Notes under the pieces: generated by a model
What the model was told of the DNA's origin: nothing
The model's database searches: none
Seen by the model: only the letters and a program-made list of their open reading frames with translations
Origin: an uncultured Alphaproteobacteria bacterium
GTDB taxonomy: Bacteria > Pseudomonadota > Alphaproteobacteria > UBA3830 > CAYLKK01
Length of the DNA: 64,000 nucleotides
NCBI GenBank assembly: GCA_964566185.1
Contig: CAZMHS010000001.1
Location: forward strand, 13,662-77,661
Direction of reading: 5' to 3'
In this document: piece by piece, positions 8,561-19,616 of the stretch
Layout of the letters: every line of letters starts with the position of its first letter
Position numbering within the stretch: position 1 is the first letter of the stretch
Program-made: the position numbers and the translations under genes

Positions 8561-10789
8561 ATGATTAGACGTGTACAGGTTTTTTTCATAGTTTGGTTTT
8601 TAATAATTGCGCCATGTTTTCTTGGTTTGAAATATATTGAATTATCGTCTACAGATACGGTTTCATCGTGCCTAGATACGTTTCTAATGACGGAAAGTAA
8701 GAATATTTCAGAAAATTTGTCGGAAAAAATAAATAGTTGCGATAAAATGTACAAATTGTTTTTAAAGGCCATCGATTGTGCACGTGTTGATGATAATGAA
8801 TATATGGCTGGTATTATAAAATCTATCCCGTGTTCTGCTAATAATTTAATTAGGCTAAAAATCGCGGATCAGAACGGAAAATTAATATATACATCAGATA
8901 AATATGAAACAAGTGACTTCATTTGTGATACTAAATTTAAAAATGCAGATGCAGGTAAGACTGTAGTTGATCTTATAAGTTTGGATGATGATTCAAAGTT
9001 CGTTGGTATTTCTTTTTTCTTTCGTGTTGATGTTGATAATAGCGGCACGTCACATAAATATTTTGTAGAAATAGTTAATCCAATATCATATGTTGATCAA
9101 TACTTAGCTCAGTTAGATAAGGGTGTTTTTTCACGTTTCTTTTACATAATATCTCCGTATTTTACACGCTATGTCTCACTGAGCGGTGTATACTCTGATC
9201 CGTCGGAAAAACACTTATCAGTTTCGTTAGGATGTCATTTAGCTAATGAAATGAAAAAAAATACGTCTGAAGGAGCGAAAGTTTTTGTTGTGAAAAATCA
9301 GAGTTTTTCAATTAATGTTCAACACATCAAATTAGATACGCATATACTTGCTCCAAAGCTGTTTGCCGTGGTAGCTGCGCATTCTGGATCTGTCGAACAA
9401 GTTTCTAACGAGTTATTTGCTAATTCAGTCAGCGCTATGTTATTCATATGTCTTGCTTTAGCGCTAATCGCATTATATATGTCGAGAATTTTCGTTCGTA
9501 TGGAGGCAAACGTATTAACATTTTCTGCAATTAGTAATTCTTTACCTATCCCATTTATTTTATATGAATATAAGCGTGGAGTTATTAAGAAGGCGAATGA
9601 ACGAGCAAGTTCGTTACTGAAATGTGACGCTTCAGAGTTAATGAAATGTAATGCATGGGAATTATTTTCTGATTCTGATACTGAGTACATCAAAAATATT
9701 GCAACAATGCATTTAGCAGTTAAGGATTATGAAACGCAAATTAGGTTGAAAAATGGTGGCTATGTTTCATGTATGTTAACTGTAGAGATCATAGATATTG
9801 ATGGTGTTGATTACGTGTTATGTGGGATGTATGATGTGTCTGCTACAATTGAAATGAAACGGCAGTTTGAAAATGCCAAAAAATCAATTGAGCGTAATGC
9901 TGCAATACGTATACAAAAATATGAAAACTCTATAAACGAGGTGCGTGACAAGAATGAGAGGTTAGAGAAGGATAACTCATATATGTCCAGTTTATTGCAG
10001 AATGTTAGAGTTGAATTACAAACAAAAATAAAATCTATTATGTGGCATTGTGGAATGTTAGTAGATGAAGCAAAGCAAAAACATGATGATGTTTCTCTTC
10101 GCGATTTGAATAAGATTGCATTAGTTTCAGAAAATATGCTAACGATAAGTGAAAATTTAGCGCACATTACAAATGATGGAAAAGGAGTAAAATCAGAAAA
10201 AATTGATAATTGCAATGTCGCAGAATTGGTTCAAGACGTCGGGCATTCGTTGCAACCAGTGTGTGGATATAATAATTCTACGTTATCAATCGAGTGCCCT
10301 GGCACAATCGGCATTATTCGATGCAATGTTGAAAAGTTGAAACGCGTTATAACAAATATTTTAGAACATTCAGTGCATCGTGTGGTAGATGGAAATATTC
10401 TATTTAAGGTATATAATAGCTTTGATGATGGGAACAGCGATAATGTAGCTTTTCTTGTTAGAAGTGATAGTGAGTTAAAAAGTGAGGAGATTGAGGCGTT
10501 ATGTGAGGCAGCTGAAAATTACGGTGAAAACGGGAACTACGAATCAACAATAGGTATTAATTTACTAACGGTTTGTAAGTTGCTTAAGGACATTAATGCT
10601 CGGTTGACTGTTTCTGACGTTGATGGAACAGGTAGCGAATTTACGGTGATTGTTCCAAGAATGTGCGAGCAAGATGTTGGTAATGACTCGAGTGAAAACA
10701 ATAGTAGTAGTGCGTCGAAAATTGAAAACGATGCGGGTGATAGTAATGATCAAGCCAAAGACAATGAGTACACAACAATTGAGTTTTGA
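8561..10789 (+). CDS. membrane sensor histidine-kinase-like protein (2 TM + periplasmic domain + PAS + degenerate HisKA/HATPase core)
   Basis: ATG 8561 is preceded by GGAG. There are two hydrophobic segments (VFFIVWFLIIAPCFLGL and AMLFICLALALIALYM), a PAS-like segment (FILYEYKRGVIKKANERASSLL...YVLCGMYDVS) and a coiled coil. The kinase-like core has GSEFTVIVP at its end. The H-box and N-box look non-canonical (see findings). Confidence 0.7.
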   Translation: MIRRVQVFFIVWFLIIAPCFLGLKYIELSSTDTVSSCLDTFLMTESKNISENLSEKINSCDKMYKLFLKAIDCARVDDNEYMAGIIKSIPCSANNLIRLKIADQNGKLIYTSDKYETSDFICDTKFKNADAGKTVVDLISLDDDSKFVGISFFFRVDVDNSGTSHKYFVEIVNPISYVDQYLAQLDKGVFSRFFYIISPYFTRYVSLSGVYSDPSEKHLSVSLGCHLANEMKKNTSEGAKVFVVKNQSFSINVQHIKLDTHILAPKLFAVVAAHSGSVEQVSNELFANSVSAMLFICLALALIALYMSRIFVRMEANVLTFSAISNSLPIPFILYEYKRGVIKKANERASSLLKCDASELMKCNAWELFSDSDTEYIKNIATMHLAVKDYETQIRLKNGGYVSCMLTVEIIDIDGVDYVLCGMYDVSATIEMKRQFENAKKSIERNAAIRIQKYENSINEVRDKNERLEKDNSYMSSLLQNVRVELQTKIKSIMWHCGMLVDEAKQKHDDVSLRDLNKIALVSENMLTISENLAHITNDGKGVKSEKIDNCNVAELVQDVGHSLQPVCGYNNSTLSIECPGTIGIIRCNVEKLKRVITNILEHSVHRVVDGNILFKVYNSFDDGNSDNVAFLVRSDSELKSEEIEALCEAAENYGENGNYESTIGINLLTVCKLLKDINARLTVSDVDGTGSEFTVIVPRMCEQDVGNDSSENNSSSASKIENDAGDSNDQAKDNEYTTIEF

Positions 10790-11147
10790 TATAAAAACAT
10801 TGCAAAACGCTGAATCAAATTCTGGCTGTTCTAGTTTTGTGATAATTGTGTAAACTCAACGCAAACTGCTGTGTGATTGGTCGTGTAGTTTGTTTTATTG
10901 CGCAGCTGAATTATAAGACGTGATTAATATAATATATTTATTTTTCTTGTTAAATATTGGCTGTTTGTATCCTTTAATAGTTGAAAATGTATTAATAATA
11001 TTTTATAATACAGCGTTATTGTGTTATAAAATTTATGTACATGTCTTGCTTGCCTGTAGTTATATGAAGTTTCATGTTTCTTTAAATAACTTGATCGTGG
11101 GTTGGTGATGGTGTGTCTTCTATTCTTTTGTTTTCACGGGTGTATCA

Positions 11148-14100
11148 ATGATTAAAACGTTTACTGAACGCAAACGATTCAGGAAGAATTTAGGAAGTAT
11201 ATCTGACGGAGCTAAGATGCCAGACTTGATAGAGCTTCAAAAGTCATCTTATGACGACTTTTTGCAGCTTGGTGTTAAGCCGGAATCTAGGCAGAATGTT
11301 GGCTTACAGGGGGTGTTCTCATCGTTTTTTCCAATCCGTGGAAATGGCGGAAGGTTCAATCTTGAATTTATAAAATATGAATTAGATGAGTCGAGATTTT
11401 CTGAAGAAGAATGCCGTCGTAAGGGATTGACTTATTTTGCTAATTTAAGAGCAACATTTCGTCTTACGTGTTGGAATACTGATGATAACGGGAATCGTGT
11501 TGCTTCTTCAGTGAAAGATCAGAGCGTCTATATTTGTGAATTGCCTATTATGACTCGTTATGGCACGTTTATTGTGAATGGCGTTGAGCGGGTTGTTGTT
11601 TCTCAGATGCAGAGATCTCCTGGCGTGTTTTTCGATCATGATAATGGTAAAACTCATTCTTCTGGGAAATATTTGTTCGCTGCTCATATTATTCCTGCTA
11701 GGGGGGTGTGGTTGGATTTCGAGTTTGATGCGAAAGATCACATGTGCGTTAGAATAGATAGAAAACGTAAGGTTTCTGTCGTCGCGTTATTGATGGCTAT
11801 GCTATCAGATGAGTCGGAGCAAATGCTTGCTAAGGACAGTAATGTTGATAGAATGAACATTACCGGAATGGATAAAGAGGAAATTTTAAAGAGCTTTTAT
11901 CACTATGCTGATATCGTCTATTCAAAGAATGGTGTATATAGCAGGCGATTTGTCCCTGAGGAGTGGCATGGCGTAGTGCTTGAACATCAGTTGATTAATG
12001 CTGATGATGGCGCTGTTGTCGGAAACGTTGGTGATAAAATTACAGCTCGTGTATCCAAGAAATTGGTTGGTGATGGATTAAAAAACATTGTCGTGCATGA
12101 TAGTTGTTTGATCGGACGCTATTGCGCGGCTGATATCGTTGATCTTTCTACTGGGATTGTTCTATTAGAGGCAGGCGACGAGATAACTGAAGAAAATCTG
12201 CCAAGTATTAAAGCATTAAAGACTAATCTGCAGATTTTATTGATTGATGAGTATAAAATGGGCTCATACATGAGGGATACTATAGCTGCAGATAGAATAT
12301 CTTCGAGAGAAGAGGCTTTGTTTGAGATCTATAGAGTCTTGAGGCCTGGGGACCCGCCTACATTTGATGGAGCTGAGTCGCTTTTCAAGGGGTTGTTCTT
12401 CGATCAGGAGCGTTATGATTTGTCTATCGTTGGACGAGTAAAAATGAATGCGCGTCTTGGAATAAATGATAATAGGCGCGAGCAGACGCTAACTAAAGAT
12501 GATGTGCTGCGGATTTTGGTGGAGCTACATCGCGTGCGTGACGGCTACTCTTCTGTCGATGATATAGATAATTTAGGGAATAGACGTGTACGCTGTGTCG
12601 GCGAATTGTTGGAGAATCAATTCAGAGTTGGACTTAGTAGAGTCGAAAGGGCTATACATGACAGAATGAGCGCTGTTGATAATGATACGTCGCCAAATGA
12701 TGTGATTAATGCTAAACCTGTAACTACAGCGATACGTGAGTTTTTTTCTTCGTCTCAATTGTCTCAGTTTATGGACCAGACGAATCCTTTGTCTGAGGTC
12801 ACTCACAAGCGGCGTATATCGGCTTTAGGACCAGGAGGATTAAGTCGAGATAGAGCCGGATTTGAGGTTAGAGATGTGCATCCTACACATTATGGGCGTA
12901 TTTGTCCGATTGAAACGCCTGAGGGGCCGAATATAGGTCTTATAAATTCTCTTGCTACGTTTGCTAGAATAAATAGTTATGGGTTTATTGAAACTCCTTA
13001 TCGTAAGGTTATCAATTGTAAGGTTACAGATGAGGTTGTTTATCTTTCGGCGAATGAAGAAGGGCAGTACGTTATAGCTCAGGCTAATGCTGCTGTTGAT
13101 TCTAATGGTTTTTTGATTGAAGACGTCGTTAGTTGTAGAGTAAACGGCGAGCCAAAGATTGAAGCCAAAGAGTTGGTTACACTAATGGATGTGTCGCCAA
13201 AACAGTTGATATCTGTTGCTGCTGGTTTGATTCCATTTTTGGAGAATGATGATGCTGGTAGAGCTTTGATGGGATCAAATATGCAGAGGCAGGCTGTTCC
13301 TTTGATGAGGGCTCAGGCTCCTTTAGTCGGAACAGGTATGGAGAAGGTTGTTGCTGTTGATTCAGGCGCTTCTGTTATCGCGAAACGAGATGGTGTAATT
13401 GAAAGTGTCGATGCAAATAGAATTGTTGTTAGAGCTCAGAAAAATGGTGCGACTATCGGCGTCGATATATACAATTTACGTAAATTTGAGCGTTCTAACC
13501 AAAGTACATGTATAAATCAAAAAGCAGTTGTGAGAGCTGGCGACGTTATTAAGAAAAATGACGTTATTGCTGATGGGTCTGGTACAGACTTAGGTGAGCT
13601 AGCGTTGGGGCACAACGTTTTAGTCGGGTTTATGACGTGGAATGGTTATAATTATGAGGATGCTATAATTATTTCCGAGAGATTAGTAAAAGAGGATAAG
13701 TTTACCTCGATTCACATTGAAGAATTTGAGGTTATGGCTCGAGATACTAAATTAGGTTGCGAAGAAATTACGAGAGATTTGCCTAATGTAAGTGAGGAAT
13801 CTGTTCGTAATCTGGACGAATCAGGAATTATTAATATCGGGGCTGAAGTTAAAGCTGGAGATATACTTGTTGGGAAGGTGACTCCAAAAGGTGAAACGCC
13901 GATGACGCCTGAAGAAAAGTTGCTTCGTGCTATATTTGGTGAACGAGCTGCTGATGTAAGAGATTCGTCATTGAGGTTGCCTCCTGGGTGTGTTGGTACT
14001 GTTGTCGATGTTAAAGTATTTTCGCGACGTGGCGTAGAAAAAGATGAACGAGCTAATCTAATTGAGCGTAAAGCTATAGATGATTTGAAAAAAGATTATG

Positions 14101-15320
14101 ATATTCAGAAGAATATTATTGAAAATAATTTTATTGAGCGTTTGAAAGCATTCCTCGTTGGTAAGCAGTATAAGTCATTCTTGGGAAAGCGTGGTTCTGG
14201 CGAAATTTCTAAGGAAATGTTGGATGGGCTAAGCATAGCTCAGCTTGGGCAAATTGGATTAGTTGAAGACGATGATGTTAGCTTTTTGACGGCATTGAAA
14301 GCTGAGAACAAAACTACTCTTGATAATTCGTATCATAAATTGGAGAGTGATGTTGAAAAGGTTAAAGCTGGAGATGAGTTATTACCTGGTGTTTTGAAGA
14401 CTGTAAAGGTTTATGTTGCTGATAAGAGAAAGTTGCAAGCAGGCGATAAATTGGCTGGTCGTCACGGGAATAAGGGAGTCGTAGCTAAAATCGTTCCTGT
14501 GGAAGATATGCCTCATTTCGAAGATGGAACACCGTTAGATATCATTTTAAATCCTCTCGGTGTGCCTTCGCGTATGAATTTGGGGCAAATCCTTGAAACG
14601 CATTTAGGATGGGCGTCAATGGGATTGGGACAAAGAGTAAAGAATATCCTATCTGGTGTGGCTGAAAATAACGTTGTTAAGGAACTGCGTGCTGAACTTA
14701 ATAATATTTTCGATTCTGACGTTGATAAAGCTCAATTGAAAAAGATGAGCGATTATGAGGTAGTTGATATGGCTACGCATCTTATAGATGGAGTCCCTGT
14801 GGCTAACCCTGTCTTTGATGGAATAAGTGAAAAGAAAATATCTGAGTTGTTGCGTAATTGTGGATTTGATAGTTCTGGGCAGGTCACATTGATTGATGGA
14901 CGTACAGGTGATGCTTTCGATCGTAAAATTACTGTTGGTTGCATATATATGTTGAAACTTCACCATATGGTTGACGATAAGTTGCATGCACGATCTATCG
15001 GGACTTATAGTCTAGTTACTCAGCAGCCTCTAGGGGGTAAGGCTCAGTTCGGTGGACAGCGTTTCGGAGAGATGGAGGTTTGGGCGTTGCAGGCTTATGG
15101 CGCTGCTAATGTTTTGCAAGAAGTCTTAACGATAAAGTCTGATGATGTTACAGGGCGTACTAAGGCGTATGAGTCAATAGTTAGAGGTGATAATAATATA
15201 TCTCCTGGAATTCCTGAATCGTTTAATGTTTTGAGTAAAGAAATTTGTTCTTTGGGATTGAATTTCGAGTTTCAACATATAGATTGCGATTCTATTGAAG
15301 ATGAAGAATGCCAAATTTAG
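11148..15320 (+). CDS. rpoB: DNA-directed RNA polymerase subunit beta
   Basis: The RpoB sequence is unmistakable ([60 protein letters not shown]). Confidence 0.99.
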   Translation: MIKTFTERKRFRKNLGSISDGAKMPDLIELQKSSYDDFLQLGVKPESRQNVGLQGVFSSFFPIRGNGGRFNLEFIKYELDESRFSEEECRRKGLTYFANLRATFRLTCWNTDDNGNRVASSVKDQSVYICELPIMTRYGTFIVNGVERVVVSQMQRSPGVFFDHDNGKTHSSGKYLFAAHIIPARGVWLDFEFDAKDHMCVRIDRKRKVSVVALLMAMLSDESEQMLAKDSNVDRMNITGMDKEEILKSFYHYADIVYSKNGVYSRRFVPEEWHGVVLEHQLINADDGAVVGNVGDKITARVSKKLVGDGLKNIVVHDSCLIGRYCAADIVDLSTGIVLLEAGDEITEENLPSIKALKTNLQILLIDEYKMGSYMRDTIAADRISSREEALFEIYRVLRPGDPPTFDGAESLFKGLFFDQERYDLSIVGRVKMNARLGINDNRREQTLTKDDVLRILVELHRVRDGYSSVDDIDNLGNRRVRCVGELLENQFRVGLSRVERAIHDRMSAVDNDTSPNDVINAKPVTTAIREFFSSSQLSQFMDQTNPLSEVTHKRRISALGPGGLSRDRAGFEVRDVHPTHYGRICPIETPEGPNIGLINSLATFARINSYGFIETPYRKVINCKVTDEVVYLSANEEGQYVIAQANAAVDSNGFLIEDVVSCRVNGEPKIEAKELVTLMDVSPKQLISVAAGLIPFLENDDAGRALMGSNMQRQAVPLMRAQAPLVGTGMEKVVAVDSGASVIAKRDGVIESVDANRIVVRAQKNGATIGVDIYNLRKFERSNQSTCINQKAVVRAGDVIKKNDVIADGSGTDLGELALGHNVLVGFMTWNGYNYEDAIIISERLVKEDKFTSIHIEEFEVMARDTKLGCEEITRDLPNVSEESVRNLDESGIINIGAEVKAGDILVGKVTPKGETPMTPEEKLLRAIFGERAADVRDSSLRLPPGCVGTVVDVKVFSRRGVEKDERANLIERKAIDDLKKDYDIQKNIIENNFIERLKAFLVGKQYKSFLGKRGSGEISKEMLDGLSIAQLGQIGLVEDDDVSFLTALKAENKTTLDNSYHKLESDVEKVKAGDELLPGVLKTVKVYVADKRKLQAGDKLAGRHGNKGVVAKIVPVEDMPHFEDGTPLDIILNPLGVPSRMNLGQILETHLGWASMGLGQRVKNILSGVAENNVVKELRAELNNIFDSDVDKAQLKKMSDYEVVDMATHLIDGVPVANPVFDGISEKKISELLRNCGFDSSGQVTLIDGRTGDAFDRKITVGCIYMLKLHHMVDDKLHARSIGTYSLVTQQPLGGKAQFGGQRFGEMEVWALQAYGAANVLQEVLTIKSDDVTGRTKAYESIVRGDNNISPGIPESFNVLSKEICSLGLNFEFQHIDCDSIEDEECQI

Positions 15321-15349
15321 TTGTAATAATAAGTTAAGAGGGGAGAAAA

Positions 15350-18300
15350 ATGGTCGGACAATTGCAACGTATGTTTAATCACGTCGGAAATTTAAATAGT
15401 TTCGACGCAATAAAGATCTCTATATCATCGCCTGAACGTATTCGGTCGTGGTCTTTTGGTGAGGTAAAAAAACCGGAGACCATAAATTACAGAACTTTTA
15501 AACCGGAAAAGGATGGTTTGTTTTGTTCTAAGATTTTTGGACCTGTAAAAGATTATGAGTGTACTTGTGGTAAGTACAAAAGGATGAAGTATAAAGGCGT
15601 AATCTGCGAAAAATGTGGCGTTGAAGTTACTTTGTCTAAGGTTAGACGTGAGCGAATGGGGCATATTGAGTTAGTCGCTCCAGTAGCTCATATATGGTTT
15701 ACAAAGTCGTTACCTAGCCGTGTGGCTTTGATGCTGAATATTTCAACTTCTGTGATGGAGAAGATTCTTTATTTTGAAAATTATGTTGTGATTGATCCAG
15801 GACTTACTCCTTTAGAGAAGTATCAGCTTTTAACTGAAGAAGAGTATTATGACGCTCAGGATAAGTATGGTGAAGATAACTTTACTGCTGGCATTGGCGC
15901 TGAAGCTTTAAGAGAGATGCTTAGTGAAGTAGATTTAGAGAGCGAACGTATTAAGCTTAGAGAGAGTTTAAAGTCTTGTCATTCTGAGATGAAGCGCAGA
16001 AATTACATAAAAAGGTTGAAATTAATTGAAGCGTTTATTGAATCTGGGAATAGACCAGAGTGGATGATTCTTACTTGCTTGCCTGTCATTCCGCCTGAAT
16101 TGCGTCCGCTAGTTCCGCTTGATGGTGGTAGATTCGCGACATCAGATTTGAACGACTTGTATCGTAGAGTGATAAATAGAAATAACAGGTTGCGACGTTT
16201 GATTGAGTTACATGCTCCTGACATTATCATAAGAAATGAAAAGAGAATGTTGCAGGAATCTGTAGATGCTTTGTTCGATAATGGAAGAAGAGGGCGTGTC
16301 ATTACAGGTGCTAATAAGAGGCCATTAAAGTCAATTTCAGAAATGCTTAAGGGAAAACAAGGTCGTTTCCGCCAAAATTTGTTGGGGAAAAGAGTCGATT
16401 ATTCAGGACGTTCTGTTATTGTCGTTGGTCCAAACCTAAAGTTACATCAATGTGGTTTGCCAAAACGCATGGCTCTTGAGCTGTTTAAACCATTCATATA
16501 CGCAAAATTAGAGAAGTACGGAATGGCTTCAACATTGAAAATTGCTAAAAAGATGGTTGAAAGGGAGCGGCCTGAAGTATGGGATATTTTGGAAGAAGTA
16601 ATTCGAGAACATCCAGTGTTGCTAAATCGTGCTCCTACGTTGCACAGACTAGGTATTCAAGCATTTGAACCTGTCTTAGTAGAAGGAAAGGCTATCAGGT
16701 TACATCCACTTGTTTGTGCGGCTTTTAACGCAGACTTTGATGGTGATCAAATGGCTGTTCACGTGCCGTTGTCTATTGAAGCTCAGTTGGAAGCTCGAGT
16801 TTTGATGATGTCTACGAATAATATTTTAAGTCCTGCAAATGGTAAGCCGATCATCGTGCCGACAAAGGATATAATCTTAGGTGTTTATTACCTTACGATG
16901 GCTTTAGATGGCGAAAAGGGCGAGGGGATGGCTTTTTCATCAATGGCCGAATTAGATCATGCCTTGACTGAAAAAGTAGTTACGTTACACTCTAAAATAC
17001 GTGCTAAGTACCAGCAAATTATGCCTGATAGCACTTATAAAAATATTACAGTTGAAACTACTCCAGGACGTTATATCCTATTCCAGATATTACCTGTTCA
17101 TCATAATATTACTTTCGATTTAGTAAATAAACTTCTTGCGAGCAAAGATGTTAGCGCCTTAATGGATCATGTATATAGAAATTGTGGCCAAAAGGAGACA
17201 GTTATGTTCGCTGATAGGATTAAAGATCTTGGCTACCATTATTCCACAGTTTCTGGCATTTCTATCGGAAAAGATGATATGTATGTTCCTGTTGAAAAAT
17301 GGGATATTATTAATGAAACAAAACGTAAAGTATCTGAGTATGAGAAGCAGTACTTGGATGGTTTAATTACATCTGGAGAAAAGTATAACAAAGCAATTGA
17401 TGCGTGGTCTAATTGCTGTGACAAGGTCTCTGAAAAAATGATGGATGGAATTTCTAAAATCACGCCAGGGGAACCAGTAAATTCGTTTTATATTATGGCT
17501 AATTCTGGTGCTCGAGGATCTGTTGCTCAGCTTCGACAGGTTGCTGGTATGAGAGGACTTATGGCTAAGCCATCTGGTGAAATTATTGAAAATCCAATTA
17601 TTTCTAACTTTAAAGAAGGTTTGAGCGTTCTTGAATATTTTACGTCTAGTCATGGCGCTAGAAAAGGTATGACTGACGTCGCATTGAGAACGGCGAACTC
17701 AGGTTATCTTACAAGGCGTTTGGTCGACGTCGCTCAGGATTGCGTTATCACCACGCATGATTGCGGTACTGAAAATGGCATTGTTGTGAAAGATATTTCG
17801 AAAGGTGGCGATATTGTTGCTCCGTTGGTGAGTCGTATACTTGGACGAACAGCTCAGGGAGACGTGTTGCATCCTGATACTGGCGATGTAATTGTGCACA
17901 GTGGGGATCTTATTTCTGAAGCTGATTGTAAGAAAATTGAGGAAGCTGGGGTCGTTTCTGTCAAAATACGCTCTGTGCTTACATGCGAAAACAAAGATGG
18001 TATTTGTGCTAAGTGTTATGGCCGAGATTTGGCTCGTGGCGCTTTAGTTAACATAGGTGAAGCTGTCGGCGTTATCGCTGCACAATCAATTGGCGAACCA
18101 GGAACTCAGCTGACAATGCGTACATTCCACGTCGGAGGTACAGCTCAAAAAGGAGCTGAAATGTCATCTATTGAGGCTTCTTTTGATGGTATGATTTCTA
18201 TCATAAATGGTAATGTAGTTACAGATCGTAACGGGAATCAGATTGTAATGAATCGTCATTTAGAAGTCGTAATTCTTGACGACAAAAAGCGTGAACGTGC

Positions 18301-19492
18301 TAGAGTGAAAGTTCCGTATGGTGCGCATCTTCATGTCACTGAAGGTATGTCTGTTTCAAAAGGACAGAAGATAGCGGATTGGGATCCGTTTACCATACCG
18401 GTTGTTACTGAAAAAAGTGGAATTGTGCATTTTGTTGATTTGATAGACGGGATATCTTTTAAGCAGTCTTTCGATGAAGCAACAGGAGCTGTAACTTACG
18501 TTGTTTCGGATTGGAAACAGTCTGCTAGAAATGCTGATCTTCGACCTGCTATAGTTTTGAAGGATGAATCAGGACAAATAATCAGGCTATCAAATGGACA
18601 AGATGCGAAGTTTTCATTATCGGTTGATACAGTTATTCCTGTAAGTAATGGAGACAAGGTAATGGTCGGTGATGTTATCGCTAAACTTCCCAGAGAATCA
18701 TCTAAATCTAAAGATATTACTGGTGGTTTGCCTAGAGTTTCTGAATTATTTGAAGCTAGAACCCCAAAGGATCCAGCGATTATGAGCGAAGTAGCTGGAA
18801 CTGTTTCTCTTGGAAAGGATTATAAAGGAAAGCGTCGAATCATCGTTACTCCAGCTACAGAAGGTGTTGCTCCTATCGAGTATTTGGTCGCAAGGTGGAG
18901 GCAGTTGGCGGTTCAGGATGGTGACACTGTTGATGTCGGTGATATTTTGGTTGAAGGAAATATTGCTCCGCAAGATATATTACAAATTCTTGGCGTTGAA
19001 GCTTTGGCTGACTATATTGTTAATGAGATACAGGATGTTTACAGGTTGCAAGGTGTTAAAATTGACGATAAACACATTGAAGTAATTGTTCGCAGAATGT
19101 TGCAAAAGGTTGAGATCGTTAATCCTGGAGATACGACATTTGTTGCTGGGGAAAGCGTGGATGTCGTTGATCTTGATGAAGAAAATGAAAAAGTTCTGCG
19201 AATTGGCGGCGTTCCAGCTACAGCTCGACGGGTTTTGCAGGGTATAACCAAGGCATCTTTACAGACTAGATCGTTTATTTCAGCTGCTTCATTCCAGGAA
19301 ACTACTCGTGTTCTTACTGAAGCTTCTGTCGCTGGTAAGGTAGATGAATTGACAGGCTTAAAAGAAAACGTATTGGTTGGTCGTTTGATCCCTGCTGGAA
19401 CAGGTTTTGTAATAAACAGAATGAAGCATTTAGCTTTAAAAAGAGATGCGGAATTTATTGCAGCGAAAAAGGCACAGTCAATTATACATTAG
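15350..19492 (+). CDS. rpoC: DNA-directed RNA polymerase subunit beta'
   Basis: It has the zinc-finger [23 protein letters not shown], the catalytic NADFDGDQM and the trigger-loop region. It follows rpoB by 29 nt, with GAGGGGAG as the SD. Confidence 0.99.
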   Translation: MVGQLQRMFNHVGNLNSFDAIKISISSPERIRSWSFGEVKKPETINYRTFKPEKDGLFCSKIFGPVKDYECTCGKYKRMKYKGVICEKCGVEVTLSKVRRERMGHIELVAPVAHIWFTKSLPSRVALMLNISTSVMEKILYFENYVVIDPGLTPLEKYQLLTEEEYYDAQDKYGEDNFTAGIGAEALREMLSEVDLESERIKLRESLKSCHSEMKRRNYIKRLKLIEAFIESGNRPEWMILTCLPVIPPELRPLVPLDGGRFATSDLNDLYRRVINRNNRLRRLIELHAPDIIIRNEKRMLQESVDALFDNGRRGRVITGANKRPLKSISEMLKGKQGRFRQNLLGKRVDYSGRSVIVVGPNLKLHQCGLPKRMALELFKPFIYAKLEKYGMASTLKIAKKMVERERPEVWDILEEVIREHPVLLNRAPTLHRLGIQAFEPVLVEGKAIRLHPLVCAAFNADFDGDQMAVHVPLSIEAQLEARVLMMSTNNILSPANGKPIIVPTKDIILGVYYLTMALDGEKGEGMAFSSMAELDHALTEKVVTLHSKIRAKYQQIMPDSTYKNITVETTPGRYILFQILPVHHNITFDLVNKLLASKDVSALMDHVYRNCGQKETVMFADRIKDLGYHYSTVSGISIGKDDMYVPVEKWDIINETKRKVSEYEKQYLDGLITSGEKYNKAIDAWSNCCDKVSEKMMDGISKITPGEPVNSFYIMANSGARGSVAQLRQVAGMRGLMAKPSGEIIENPIISNFKEGLSVLEYFTSSHGARKGMTDVALRTANSGYLTRRLVDVAQDCVITTHDCGTENGIVVKDISKGGDIVAPLVSRILGRTAQGDVLHPDTGDVIVHSGDLISEADCKKIEEAGVVSVKIRSVLTCENKDGICAKCYGRDLARGALVNIGEAVGVIAAQSIGEPGTQLTMRTFHVGGTAQKGAEMSSIEASFDGMISIINGNVVTDRNGNQIVMNRHLEVVILDDKKRERARVKVPYGAHLHVTEGMSVSKGQKIADWDPFTIPVVTEKSGIVHFVDLIDGISFKQSFDEATGAVTYVVSDWKQSARNADLRPAIVLKDESGQIIRLSNGQDAKFSLSVDTVIPVSNGDKVMVGDVIAKLPRESSKSKDITGGLPRVSELFEARTPKDPAIMSEVAGTVSLGKDYKGKRRIIVTPATEGVAPIEYLVARWRQLAVQDGDTVDVGDILVEGNIAPQDILQILGVEALADYIVNEIQDVYRLQGVKIDDKHIEVIVRRMLQKVEIVNPGDTTFVAGESVDVVDLDEENEKVLRIGGVPATARRVLQGITKASLQTRSFISAASFQETTRVLTEASVAGKVDELTGLKENVLVGRLIPAGTGFVINRMKHLALKRDAEFIAAKKAQSIIH

Positions 19493-19501
19493 CGTAATAT
19501 G

Positions 19502-19522
19502 TGGGCTACGTTTAGTAGCCCA
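19502..19522 (+). terminator. hairpin downstream of rpoC (possible terminator)
   Basis: There is a perfect 8-bp stem TGGGCTAC/GTAGCCCA with a 5-nt loop, 10 nt after the rpoC stop. The downstream tract is A/T-rich but not a clean U-run. Confidence 0.35.
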
Positions 19523-19616
19523 GCAATCTTATAAAAATAATATAAAAACAATTCTTCTTAACTTTTTTTAAATTTATGTTGTTTATGCTTGTTGTTATGT
19601 ACTAGGCTGAACAAGT

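Noticed and set aside
8455-8772. A 105-aa - strand ORF overlaps the start of the kinase-like gene.
   Set aside because: It overlaps the supported + strand CDS and the HU terminator, and shows no recognisable motif. It is a shadow ORF.
10920-11108. A 62-aa + strand ORF lies in the rpoB upstream spacer (MINIIYLFFLLNIGCLYPLIV...).
   Set aside because: It is translated AT-rich spacer (Ile/Leu/Phe/Asn/Tyr-rich), has a GTG start and no SD. The region is more plausibly the promoter or leader for rpoBC.
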